Positions 10,220 to 19,882 of a stretch of 64,000 nt of DNA are shown piece after piece; position 1 is the first letter of the stretch; every line of letters starts with the position of its first letter. The notes under the pieces were generated by a model. The model was not told where the DNA came from. It saw nothing but the letters and a program-made list of their open reading frames with translations, and did not search any database. The translations under genes and the position numbers were made by a program. The DNA is taken from positions 124,001 to 188,000 of the IMG/VR virus record IMGVR_UViG_3300009508_000011; one strand, 5' to 3'.

Positions 10220-10506
10220 TAAGATTTTGTTAAGGAAGCAAACCTATCTTTAATTTCTTTTATAACCTCGGGTGTGAACGTATCTTCATACATCTCTGCC
10301 ACACGTAGTTCGTAACCGAAAGAATCCTTAGCAATCTGATGTGCCTCTGTTTCACTATGTCCAGATGTTCCAAATCTAGGTGACCTGTAACTGTATGATT
10401 TGCCACCGTAGATATGTCTACCGCTAACGGTTATAGTTGCATCTGTCCCGGTATATATACTTTCCCCATGTTCCAAACCTTTAAGTCTCTCTAATAACCT
10501 ACCCAT
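10219..10506 (-). CDS. Hypothetical protein
   Basis: 95 aa ORF. Confidence 0.6.
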   Translation of the reverse strand: MGRLLERLKGLEHGESIYTGTDATITVSGRHIYGGKSYSYRSPRFGTSGHSETEAHQIAKDSFGYELRVAEMYEDTFTPEVIKEIKDRFASLTKS

Positions 10507-10606
10507 GTTTATACCCTAAATCTTATTTACACCATATCAATTACCTGACCTGTAAAAAATATGATACGACATAGATAACGGGTTTCCCCGCTATCTAGAA
10601 GAACCA

Positions 10607-11353
10607 CTACCAGCCAGCTAGCGCGCTGAGGTTGGCGACCTTGCGTTGAAAACCTTGTTGGTCAACAACTGTCATTATGTCCAGACCTGATTCCATCGAA
10701 ACACCAGATGTATCTTGGTCACGTTTCGCTGTTTCAAAATCTTCCACACCTAACTGGATAGACTCCAGAGATGGGTTACTAAACTTAGTAGCAACTGAGA
10801 TACCAGGCTCATTAACATAATCCCAAGTAACAAGCGTAGTCATGTGCTTGTACTTCTGACCAGCGATGCGAACATCACGAGTTAGTGAACGTACGGAGAA
10901 TGCAACATTCTCACTAGGGTTTTCCAATTGTTCTCTAAGTGCAGGACCCATAGGACCAGATGGTTTAACTTTACCCATCACTGCAACTACAGGGCGACCA
11001 TTAGGACCTTTAACAGTCTGTTTGTCAATCCACACTTCTTTCATGTGGAAAGCCGTACGGGTCTCCTCGATTGTACAGATACGGGTAATGTACTGGGCTT
11101 TGGTCATGCCCGGTTCCATCTTAGGGTGACCGCACTCACCACGTTGTTGACCCGTCTGTATACGACGCATCAAGGCACCAGAAGCTTCGAAAAGTTTCTG
11201 AGCAGATTTCCATGGGTATATATCACCCACTGAGTTAGGGAAATCGAAAGCACCTAGGATAACAGTATAGTAACCGTCTGCATCAGGCGTTAACTTCCCT
11301 ACCTTGTTTGTACCAGCCAAAGCAGTACAGTTGTAAAAGACTTTATCCGTCAT
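10607..11353 (-). CDS. Prohead (head maturation) protease, phiKZ gp175-like
   Basis: Motifs GYY...LGAF, RGECGHP (His), AFSVRS (Ser) and TWDYVNEPG. C-terminal SxE sites (PSLES, VSMES) fit the family's self-cleavage motif. Start refined to MTDKVF (11353). Confidence 0.85.
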   Translation of the reverse strand: MTDKVFYNCTALAGTNKVGKLTPDADGYYTVILGAFDFPNSVGDIYPWKSAQKLFEASGALMRRIQTGQQRGECGHPKMEPGMTKAQYITRICTIEETRTAFHMKEVWIDKQTVKGPNGRPVVAVMGKVKPSGPMGPALREQLENPSENVAFSVRSLTRDVRIAGQKYKHMTTLVTWDYVNEPGISVATKFSNPSLESIQLGVEDFETAKRDQDTSGVSMESGLDIMTVVDQQGFQRKVANLSALAGW

Positions 11354-11403
11354 CAGTATCCAACTCCACAAAAAGTAGTTATAAGCAGCAAGCTCTCAAA
11401 CAA

Positions 11404-12156
11404 TTAACGTCGTAAGAGGTCTTCTACGCCTTCAGTCTGTTTTGTTTCAGTTACTAATGCAGATGATAAACCATCGTTGAAGTAGTTACCCATGAGCTTA
11501 GCAGTGGTGTTTGTAGCACCCAACTCAATGTTCTTGAGAGAGATATAACTAACTCCACCGTCACCTAACATTTCAGGATGTTCGAACTCTGCCTGTGATT
11601 TAAGAGCATGTCTCAAATACTTTGTTCTATCCTTTACCTGTCTAGATAAACTAGCAGCGATAAGTTCAAGAATGGCAGGGTCAACATTCAAGTCTGTACC
11701 TGCATGTTTAATGGCCGTATCGAATAACTCAGATAAATCATTGTAGTTTATAAACCAAGGTACATCACCTTTGGAATAAAAGTGGTCAGATATATAGTAA
11801 ACTAATACAGCTGATTGTACTAACTTCAATGACTTAGCAATTGTGGTACCTGCTTCGAAAAACAGCTCAATGAATTCTTCATCTTCAATTACAACACTAC
11901 GAGTACTGGTTGGCGTTAAATCGATATTGGCACATACTTTCATTACTGAATAGTCGTTACCTATTACGATTGGGAATATAGCCACAGTACGTGTGTTAGG
12001 ACCAAAGGTAGCCAAGTTACGAGTACGGTACTTAAGAGGGATATAAATCCGAGTTTCTTTTTTAGCCACTAGACTACCGTCTTTGGCTTTAGTCAGTTGC
12101 GACATTACCGCATCTGGTTTTCTAATGAGTTTTGAGATATCCATCATATTCCCCAT
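11404..12156 (-). CDS. Virion structural protein, phiKZ gp176-like
   Basis: 250 aa in the conserved protease-gp176-gp177-RNAP gene order. Confidence 0.6.
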   Translation of the reverse strand: MGNMMDISKLIRKPDAVMSQLTKAKDGSLVAKKETRIYIPLKYRTRNLATFGPNTRTVAIFPIVIGNDYSVMKVCANIDLTPTSTRSVVIEDEEFIELFFEAGTTIAKSLKLVQSAVLVYYISDHFYSKGDVPWFINYNDLSELFDTAIKHAGTDLNVDPAILELIAASLSRQVKDRTKYLRHALKSQAEFEHPEMLGDGGVSYISLKNIELGATNTTAKLMGNYFNDGLSSALVTETKQTEGVEDLLRR

Positions 12157-12192
12157 AGAGTGGAGAGCCGAAGCCCTCCATTCATTTTAAGA

Positions 12193-13566
12193 CTATGCTC
12201 GTTCAGTAGTTAGCTGTGCAGCCAACCATTCGCCAACAAGGTCGATGGTTACTAACGTAGCCGCTTCACGTTGTGTGAGTGACTCATCGTTAGACATGTG
12301 TTCCATGATACCAGTCAATACAGAATATGCATTGTAATCAGGGAATACAGAACCACATACTGCACGCAATACATAGTTATCCAAATCGAACTTCTTACGG
12401 AATGGGTTAGCCTTAAGCCAATCTTTAACATCACGTACAGTTACAGGTGCAATACCTTCAGGTAATTCTTTAGCATTGATAACTTCACCAACTACTTGAA
12501 TGATTGCATTATGAACATTCGCTTCGTATTCGTTTTGTAAACGACTTTGAAGGATACGTTCATTTACCTGTACAGCCTTTTCACCACCGTAAGCATCTTC
12601 CAACAAGTCTTTATAGACAGGTCGTGCGATACCACGAAGACAAGCACCAATGATTGCTTCTGGTTTACCGCCTTCTTTAATAAAGCGACGATATACTTCA
12701 GCATGGACACGGATGTCTGCACCAGTAGCAGAGGCAGGTGGCATATGTTCAATCATGTCATTTTGACGATTGATACGTTCAGCACGACGTAAGTTTTGGA
12801 AGATACGACGACCAAACTCAGCAACGAAGTAACCAGTACGCTCACGGAAGTAAGCTAGGTCTGCAGTAACACCATCTGGAACATTCATGTTAAAGCTACG
12901 GGCAAGAACGAATGCAACTACGGCTTCTGCTTGATAAGAACCGCTACCGCTAAAGTAATCACCTTTACCTAAAAAGTACTCATCGTAAACACGAGTAACT
13001 ATGTCGGCACTGCTTTCAACTAAAATAGTAAGCTCTTTATCAACACTTGACATACCAGTTTTAACACGAGCAATCAAATCTTCAGCTGATATTTCAGGCA
13101 TGATGTTACCAAGTGGAGATAACTCAAGTTGTGGTTGACTTTTAAAACGGTCTACCATGTCTTGTAACCCAGCAACGTTATACACTGGTGGCATACTAAC
13201 TTCAACGATTGAGTTACGCAACTCTTGTAGAGGTGCTTCATCAAGATGTTTAGATACGCGTTCAAATACATCGGTAACAGTAGGACGTACAAGTTCACGA
13301 GCAAACTTAAGTTGTTTCTGTACAGCTTCCGCCGCAATAGATACCAACTCATCAATTGCTTGTGAGTGTTCCTGTTCACCCAATACATCTTTAGACTCAC
13401 TGGCAGCTACTAGAGCAACGTCGATGTCTTCAGCCTTAGGCAGTGTACCGATAGCGCTGTTAAGTACCGCTAGTGGCGTATCAGCCATTGGTAGTACTAC
13501 GGTTCCTGTTTGCTCAGCTACCTGAGCAAGGGAATAGATAGAGGTAACACTTTGACGTGAAATCAT
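12193..13566 (-). CDS. Virion structural protein, phiKZ gp177-like
   Basis: 457 aa. Product call from synteny. Confidence 0.55.
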   Translation of the reverse strand: MISRQSVTSIYSLAQVAEQTGTVVLPMADTPLAVLNSAIGTLPKAEDIDVALVAASESKDVLGEQEHSQAIDELVSIAAEAVQKQLKFARELVRPTVTDVFERVSKHLDEAPLQELRNSIVEVSMPPVYNVAGLQDMVDRFKSQPQLELSPLGNIMPEISAEDLIARVKTGMSSVDKELTILVESSADIVTRVYDEYFLGKGDYFSGSGSYQAEAVVAFVLARSFNMNVPDGVTADLAYFRERTGYFVAEFGRRIFQNLRRAERINRQNDMIEHMPPASATGADIRVHAEVYRRFIKEGGKPEAIIGACLRGIARPVYKDLLEDAYGGEKAVQVNERILQSRLQNEYEANVHNAIIQVVGEVINAKELPEGIAPVTVRDVKDWLKANPFRKKFDLDNYVLRAVCGSVFPDYNAYSVLTGIMEHMSNDESLTQREAATLVTIDLVGEWLAAQLTTERA

Positions 13567-13757
13567 TATGCTTTACCCCCATTAATCATTAATGACTTAG
13601 AGATGCGAGCAGTAAGAGAATCCTTAACGGTTTCCTTTACCTGTACACCACCGACTTGGTCAGAAGCTTCATTACCAGCAACTTTCTGAACCACACGAGC
13701 GCCTAACTCCACTGCATTAGCAAGAGTGGCATATGTGATATGGTTTCTATTTTTCAT
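13566..13757 (-). CDS. Small hypothetical protein
   Basis: 63 aa. Its stop overlaps the next ATG (TAATG). Confidence 0.6.
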   Translation of the reverse strand: MKNRNHITYATLANAVELGARVVQKVAGNEASDQVGGVQVKETVKDSLTARISKSLMINGGKA

Positions 13758-13797
13758 AGTGTTCAGTAAGGGGAGCGATTAACTCCCCACTCCTTTA

Positions 13798-16700
13798 TTA
13801 CAAATTTGTAAAGTATGTGTCCGCTACCTTTTTGGAGAGAACCTCTAACACACGATTCGTAGTTCCCATTACATCGGGACTAAGTACGATACGGTTAGCA
13901 ATCGATTGACGCCCAAAGATTACATCAATAGGCTCACCGCTCTCTGTTTCATTAGTACCAGTCATTACACGACCAATGATGGTTTTCAACTGGTTACCAA
14001 GTACCGCTTTGTCACCAACGCCTGCAGGCAGCGACTTAGTGATATATACCTTGATAACAGCTTGGTCCATTACTAGACGTCTCCCTTCGACATTAATCGG
14101 TTCCTTTACCTGTCCGGTAAGGGCACCATCAATCTCTAGACGTTTGACTCTTTCAGCTCGTTCTTTATCAGCACGATTGATAACAGTCTTAAGAGTTTTA
14201 GACATGTCTGACGTTTCGCCATTGTAGAGAACTTCAATTTTCTCTACCACACCTTTACTCTTCGCCTTAGGGTTTAACTGACCTAACGCTTTCAAAGATT
14301 CCGCACTATCACTGTCGAATAATGTATTATCGGCCGTTAGTGGGTCCTCTAGCGTACATAGGATAGTTTCTAAATCTACTTCATCTCCTACTTTAACCAA
14401 ATTTAAAATACCTTGATTAAAGTCTAAAACGATGTTTCTTACTTCAGTAACTTCAGTCGATAAACCGTACCCAAGTTCTTCAGATACAGCACATGAATCC
14501 TCAAGGGTATCAACAGATTCCATCAAGGCTACATTAACCAACGCACCAGCTTTCCAGTTAACTTGAGTGTTATCGAAATAATCACGTTCAAAGAAACCAG
14601 TGTTATAAGACAGGACATGTCCAGCTTTAAACTTCTGACCTTTAGTTAAGTCAGATGCAATACGTTGCGGTACGTTAGTACCATTTACTGTACCGTAGAT
14701 TGTACCAAGTTCAATCTTAGTGGAAGTACCATCTTTGTAATCCACCGACAAATGACTCTCGCCTATATCAGTAACCTTACCGTCCTGTTCTGCAACATAT
14801 GCAAACATTGGGTCGACTCGATGAGCAAGTACCTGTTCGTATCCAGTTGTTAAAGGCATTACCTTATAATTATCAGCGGCTACACCGTGAGAATGTTGAA
14901 TACTAATAAAGTTAGTACGTTTAGGGTCATCACTGGTAGCACCAGGTGATAAGATAGCTGAGGTAGATAACAACTGAGATGATGAAGCATCCTTAGCCTT
15001 AACTCGTTTCGTAGTACCCCTAAGTGAATTGAAATTAGGGTCTGCTGACAAGTAAGTGTTGATTGCTACTGAACCAGAGTCAACTGTTGCCTCTGAGATA
15101 ACACCCATATCGTTCTGGTGGTAAACACGAGAACTAGCAACCATTGAACGAGCGGAACGTCCACCATCACCAGAGTAAGTAACTAACTCTTTCTCTTTAA
15201 GGTTATGGATTGGATTCAACTCTTCTACTGTTTTAGTAGTGGCGTCTTTAAGGACATCCATCCACACAGCTTTTGGATTCATCTCAATACGTGACTGTGA
15301 ACTCATAGGCTGAGACTGTTGTTTACGAATAGAAGCTATTAGCTCCTTGTAAATAAAGCCAGGCATACGTTCATAGCCTTTAATACGCATGTACTCAGTA
15401 TCGGTTTCGTCTGGAGTACGGTCGTCTTTTAATAGCTCCACAGCTTTGACCACCAACCCTTCGAATGTACGAGGCTCTTTACGCTCTTCCAATATACCAT
15501 CGGTAATTGGGTCAATGAACATTGGTTGTAACAAGTCCATCTCACGAATGAATCGTAAACCTACACCACGTGATTCTAGTACTGGCTGATACACAGTCTT
15601 CTTATCAAACTCATCACGATTGAATTGTTTAATAGCAGAGCGATATTCGTAGAAGCCATTTAGTATCATGGTTACCTGAGGGTCATCGGTATTATATACC
15701 AAGGTCTCATCTTTAAAGACTACCCCTGCCTCACCATCTTCCAATTCTAAACGTTGTCCCTTAGGAACACTTCTAGTCTTAGCATTTAGGATACGTAACA
15801 GTTTAGATAGACCTAGCATGTAACCGAGTACTACGCCAGCCGGGATACCAGTAGAGTAAATCTTGACTTCAGCCATATCGTTCGGTTCGCGACCAAGGTC
15901 AGTACCGAGCAAACTAGCCAAACCGCCAATAGTATCAACACTGCCATCACTGCCATGATAATGATACAACCCAGAGTTATCCAAGGTAATGAATCTATCA
16001 CCTTTTGCTTTACCGCAGACCACATGTCCACGACGCTCAAGCTTCTTAAGTATTGTCTCACCGTATAACTCCTCACGTTTAGAATACTCGTAAGACATAA
16101 CCCCAGAGTTACAAGTAAAGCCCAATACGCCTTTGGCCATACCACTATATACTGGCGGAACCTTAGCTGACTTGTTACTAGCATCGCCCTGTCGAATATT
16201 AGTTACTACATCATTGGTATCATCAACACCCATGTGTATAACTTTCTTACGTTGCCATGCTGAACGGTCATATACCGCCTTAGGGCTTCTGGTAACGAAC
16301 AATTTACCATAGTAACTTGTAAGGGCTACTGTATCCGCTTTGGTTTTACGGATTGGTAAATCACCACGTTGCTTAGCCATGTGATAGGTAACGCCATTAG
16401 CTGTAAACTTACCATTCTTATCTACACTAGGTAGCTTAACATGAACAGTAGACGGCTTACCACCAAGTGGGGTAAACTGTATCGAGTAATGGTCGTACTT
16501 ATTAGCGGCGTCAACTACAGTTTCTTTTTTGAAACCAGTAACTGCAATACCAGTGTTTTGAACATTGAGTACCATTGAGGCTATATCTTTCTCCATCACT
16601 TTTTCGATGTAATGGGAATCCATAGTCTTCAATGACGATTTAAGCATCGTCTTATCTAATACGCCATCTAGTTCTGGAGCACTCCACTCTGGCACAACAA

Positions 16701-17769
16701 GGTCGCTTGCATTAACCGTGGCTTGTTCGTCGAGCGTACCATCGCCAGTCGTTGCTTCGATAGTCTTGAAAGTGTTGGCCAGACGTATGGCGCGTTTATA
16801 TTCCGGTAGCGACATTTGACCAGAGTCTCTAAGTTCTCTGGCCTTGACCTCAACTGTAGCAGTGCGGTCATTAAGATAGACATTGGTAGATAAGTCCAAG
16901 TCTTCTTCTGTAAAGTCTTCTTCTGTTGCATTGGTAACAGTCTCCAATTGTTGAATCTTGGTGATGTAGTTAACAAAAGTCTTATCGAAGATTCCATTAA
17001 TGGATTCACCGTCGTCAAGCTTCTCTTGTTTCCACTGCTGGAACTCACCTAGATTAAGAACACTGAATTTACCACCACGAATGAACACAAGGTTTACGTA
17101 TCGGATATTATCACCAAGGATAGTATCTAATTCATGTACGCCCTGAGTACAATACTGCCAGAGGTAAAAGAAATTAAGAGATTCAGGTTTCTTGAACGCT
17201 TCTAGAGATTCTAGAGTAGGCTTCTTATTGAGAAGCTTAAACTCTTCTAGAGTAGGTAGAACATCAGGTATCTCTATATGGATAAATTGGTTACGTAAAG
17301 TATCACCAGTATACTTAGCAACGTTATCCCATAATGTACGGTTAAGGTTATTCCATTCGTACCAACTGGATAGGGCATTGCGAGTATAGCGATATAGGTG
17401 AGGAACTATTGCGTAGTTTATAACCACCAAGTTATTAGCGTCACGTACACCTTGTTCAAACTTTCTCAATTGACGAATCTTACGATTGCGTTTATGGTAA
17501 GCTTTTACACGTGAGCGTAATTCGGTAGTTCTTCGACGAGGTCTACCCTGCTCCGCCGTTAACTCTTCGATATGCCAACAATGACTAGAGTCACGTCCGT
17601 TAAACAACGGTCCGTCTTGGTCTGGACCATTATCAGTATCATCTGTAGGCATGTAGTGCAGTAGTGATTCTTTTGGAATAACTAAAGAAGTGACGTCAGT
17701 AAATATTGGAGATTTTAGTTTCTCAAAGTTACGTACGCCAAACTTCCTATAAAATTCTGGATAAAGCAT
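13798..17769 (-). CDS. rpoB: Virion RNA polymerase beta subunit, large part (phiKZ gp178-like)
   Basis: 1323 aa. Motifs NP...LKEKE.VT..G.GGRS, EAT.DSG.V, DDPKR.NF..IQ.SH, EDS and GVGDK...GNQLKT. Confidence 0.9.
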   Translation of the reverse strand: MLYPEFYRKFGVRNFEKLKSPIFTDVTSLVIPKESLLHYMPTDDTDNGPDQDGPLFNGRDSSHCWHIEELTAEQGRPRRRTTELRSRVKAYHKRNRKIRQLRKFEQGVRDANNLVVINYAIVPHLYRYTRNALSSWYEWNNLNRTLWDNVAKYTGDTLRNQFIHIEIPDVLPTLEEFKLLNKKPTLESLEAFKKPESLNFFYLWQYCTQGVHELDTILGDNIRYVNLVFIRGGKFSVLNLGEFQQWKQEKLDDGESINGIFDKTFVNYITKIQQLETVTNATEEDFTEEDLDLSTNVYLNDRTATVEVKARELRDSGQMSLPEYKRAIRLANTFKTIEATTGDGTLDEQATVNASDLVVPEWSAPELDGVLDKTMLKSSLKTMDSHYIEKVMEKDIASMVLNVQNTGIAVTGFKKETVVDAANKYDHYSIQFTPLGGKPSTVHVKLPSVDKNGKFTANGVTYHMAKQRGDLPIRKTKADTVALTSYYGKLFVTRSPKAVYDRSAWQRKKVIHMGVDDTNDVVTNIRQGDASNKSAKVPPVYSGMAKGVLGFTCNSGVMSYEYSKREELYGETILKKLERRGHVVCGKAKGDRFITLDNSGLYHYHGSDGSVDTIGGLASLLGTDLGREPNDMAEVKIYSTGIPAGVVLGYMLGLSKLLRILNAKTRSVPKGQRLELEDGEAGVVFKDETLVYNTDDPQVTMILNGFYEYRSAIKQFNRDEFDKKTVYQPVLESRGVGLRFIREMDLLQPMFIDPITDGILEERKEPRTFEGLVVKAVELLKDDRTPDETDTEYMRIKGYERMPGFIYKELIASIRKQQSQPMSSQSRIEMNPKAVWMDVLKDATTKTVEELNPIHNLKEKELVTYSGDGGRSARSMVASSRVYHQNDMGVISEATVDSGSVAINTYLSADPNFNSLRGTTKRVKAKDASSSQLLSTSAILSPGATSDDPKRTNFISIQHSHGVAADNYKVMPLTTGYEQVLAHRVDPMFAYVAEQDGKVTDIGESHLSVDYKDGTSTKIELGTIYGTVNGTNVPQRIASDLTKGQKFKAGHVLSYNTGFFERDYFDNTQVNWKAGALVNVALMESVDTLEDSCAVSEELGYGLSTEVTEVRNIVLDFNQGILNLVKVGDEVDLETILCTLEDPLTADNTLFDSDSAESLKALGQLNPKAKSKGVVEKIEVLYNGETSDMSKTLKTVINRADKERAERVKRLEIDGALTGQVKEPINVEGRRLVMDQAVIKVYITKSLPAGVGDKAVLGNQLKTIIGRVMTGTNETESGEPIDVIFGRQSIANRIVLSPDVMGTTNRVLEVLSKKVADTYFTNL

Positions 17770-17778
17770 TACTTACCC

Positions 17779-18027
17779 CTAAGTAAAGGTGGTGAATATT
17801 TGTTCGAATATGTTACCCTCGAAAACCGCATACACACCTTCGCGATTTCTTACGATATATTTACCGCTGGCTACATATGTTGGAGTACCACTAACTGTAA
17901 GCCTTACTCCGCCGTCTGGACCTTTAGTGATGACACCATTACCCCAATCAACTATTTGTTGTTGAGTAACGGTATCCTGTCCCACTTTACGCCATTCGAC
18001 TATGTCTGCTGATAGAGCTGCTCGCAT
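17779..18027 (-). CDS. Small hypothetical protein (PGDYG-like beta motif)
   Basis: 82 aa. GKYIVRNREGVYAVFEGNIFEQIF resembles the 'GDYIv....Ge.y......F...Y' motif. Confidence 0.5.
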   Translation of the reverse strand: MRAALSADIVEWRKVGQDTVTQQQIVDWGNGVITKGPDGGVRLTVSGTPTYVASGKYIVRNREGVYAVFEGNIFEQIFTTFT

Positions 18028-18173
18028 TAGGACTCTTCCTCTTCCATCTCTTCGTCTTCGTTGGTAGCTAGATGTTCAATGCAGTGATAGGTAGGTTTAC
18101 CTTCTGAATCGTTACCAGTACCGTGAATAGATACACCGTTAGTTGGCCCTAGGCCACATACTGCACATTTCAT
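18027..18173 (-). CDS. Small putative Zn-binding protein with acidic tail
   Basis: 48 aa from ATG 18173, just after the beta' stop: CAVC...HCIEH...EDEEMEEEES. Confidence 0.45.
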   Translation of the reverse strand: MKCAVCGLGPTNGVSIHGTGNDSEGKPTYHCIEHLATNEDEEMEEEES

Positions 18174-18175
18174 AA

Positions 18176-19810
18176 TTACAATACCTTTTCTGAGCCAAAG
18201 GTTAGACCACGTAGAGTCCAATCGATGGTATCTGTACCAAACATCTGTAAACCACCGCGAGGGTCTATATAACCAGTAGGTTGGTCAAAGTACTTATGGA
18301 TTTCTGCTTCCGCATCGTCCGATAGTAAGAAGTTACAACTTACGGTATCGCCATCAAAGTCGGCACCTAGACCAACTAGCCTGTTAGGGTTTACACCTAT
18401 AGTGTCGAAGAACGGAACTCCATGTCTAGGGAATTCGTAAGCGATATGGTCATCACCTATCTGTTCCCATTGGTCATCAAGTTCATGTAGGATATCACCC
18501 TCAACAGTAGTTTTAAGATATACTGTAGATGGGTAAGTAGAACCAAGGCCAGTAATCGGATAACGAGTAACTGTACAAGTCAAGCGATTCCATTCCTTAT
18601 ACCCTGCTAGATATAAAAACTCAGCGTAGGTAATAGGGTGGACGTTCTCTTTGCGACTAGGTAGCATTCTATCGTATTCGCCTGGATTAAGGATACGGAA
18701 GCTAACACCATCTTTATAGATTAATGCTAGGTACTTCCCCTCTACCAAAATAGGCTTATGGCGAATTGTTGCATTACCGTAATAGTTAATAAACTTCTCA
18801 AGCCCTTCAACAGTAGCCCATCTATCCATAGTGTCTGTAGATACATTGACCCAGACAGTCTTTCTAGTTTTACGGTCTACTAGCGGTACATTATTAGAAC
18901 CAGTGAATATCTTAGATAGATGTCCTTTAGTCAACCAGTTAACAGCTAAAGGTAGAACACCCTTTGCAGTCTGGTATAACCCCACTACTGTATCAGTTGA
19001 ATCGATAGAGCGTGGTGAATCTAAATCATCGGTACCAACATCCATACTGGTGATTACATTACGAGTACCGTTAAAGATTCTACGTGAACCCCATTTAGCC
19101 TGAATGAAACCTTTCTTACCAGTTAGGAAGTTTTCGATATGTTCATAGATTGCATTAACTGCTGTCTGTAGAGAATAACGAGAACGGTCGTATACTGGGT
19201 CATTGGTATTGCCTGCACCGACCATAATGGTATTTGCTACAGATAGAACCTTACGATACATATCGTTTATTTCATCTTCCTGTACATAACCATCTTCGGA
19301 GATTTGTATCTCCCTTAGTCCTGCTGGTAACACTAACCATTTATCAACGGTAGCGTTGTTTCTGTAAGTGTTAACAACTTTAATTCTGAGGTTACGCTGG
19401 TCTGAGTTACTTTCTTGTAACTTCAAGTCTTTAAAGTATTCCATAAAGAAAGCAAAACCAGTACGTCCCTCTATTTCGTCAGAGGCTACAAAGTCTTTAT
19501 CTTTAGGTACCCACTTAGCATATTTCTTACCTGAGATGATATCACCGTACAATGCTTTTATTCTTGTAAGGTGTCTGTGAATTAACGGATGTAGAACACT
19601 AACCTTTAGGTCTATGAAACTAAATCTATTGTTACGTTCTTTAGTGCCGGTAGCACCAAATGTTGAAACAGAATATAGCCCATCTTCATGGAAGTTAGTT
19701 GTACCGCCATCGTATATATCGGAAACCTTTATTGGTTTCATAGCGGCGGAATTCTGACCCGTTAGCTTTAGCAGTTCAACGTTAAACGGCAGCTTGCTTA
19801 TTTGTGTCAT
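18176..19810 (-). CDS. rpoC: Virion RNA polymerase beta' subunit, catalytic part (phiKZ gp180-like)
   Basis: Catalytic GADFDGD. Also R.F..IDL....LHP, LP.GLR and GKKGFIQ.KW.SR.IF.GTR. Confidence 0.92.
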   Translation of the reverse strand: MTQISKLPFNVELLKLTGQNSAAMKPIKVSDIYDGGTTNFHEDGLYSVSTFGATGTKERNNRFSFIDLKVSVLHPLIHRHLTRIKALYGDIISGKKYAKWVPKDKDFVASDEIEGRTGFAFFMEYFKDLKLQESNSDQRNLRIKVVNTYRNNATVDKWLVLPAGLREIQISEDGYVQEDEINDMYRKVLSVANTIMVGAGNTNDPVYDRSRYSLQTAVNAIYEHIENFLTGKKGFIQAKWGSRRIFNGTRNVITSMDVGTDDLDSPRSIDSTDTVVGLYQTAKGVLPLAVNWLTKGHLSKIFTGSNNVPLVDRKTRKTVWVNVSTDTMDRWATVEGLEKFINYYGNATIRHKPILVEGKYLALIYKDGVSFRILNPGEYDRMLPSRKENVHPITYAEFLYLAGYKEWNRLTCTVTRYPITGLGSTYPSTVYLKTTVEGDILHELDDQWEQIGDDHIAYEFPRHGVPFFDTIGVNPNRLVGLGADFDGDTVSCNFLLSDDAEAEIHKYFDQPTGYIDPRGGLQMFGTDTIDWTLRGLTFGSEKVL

Positions 19811-19882
19811 TGTGCTGTTCCTATGATTGGGTGGTCTTATTATAAATAGACACAGTATTTTTTAATTTAAAAGGAGTCCGTT

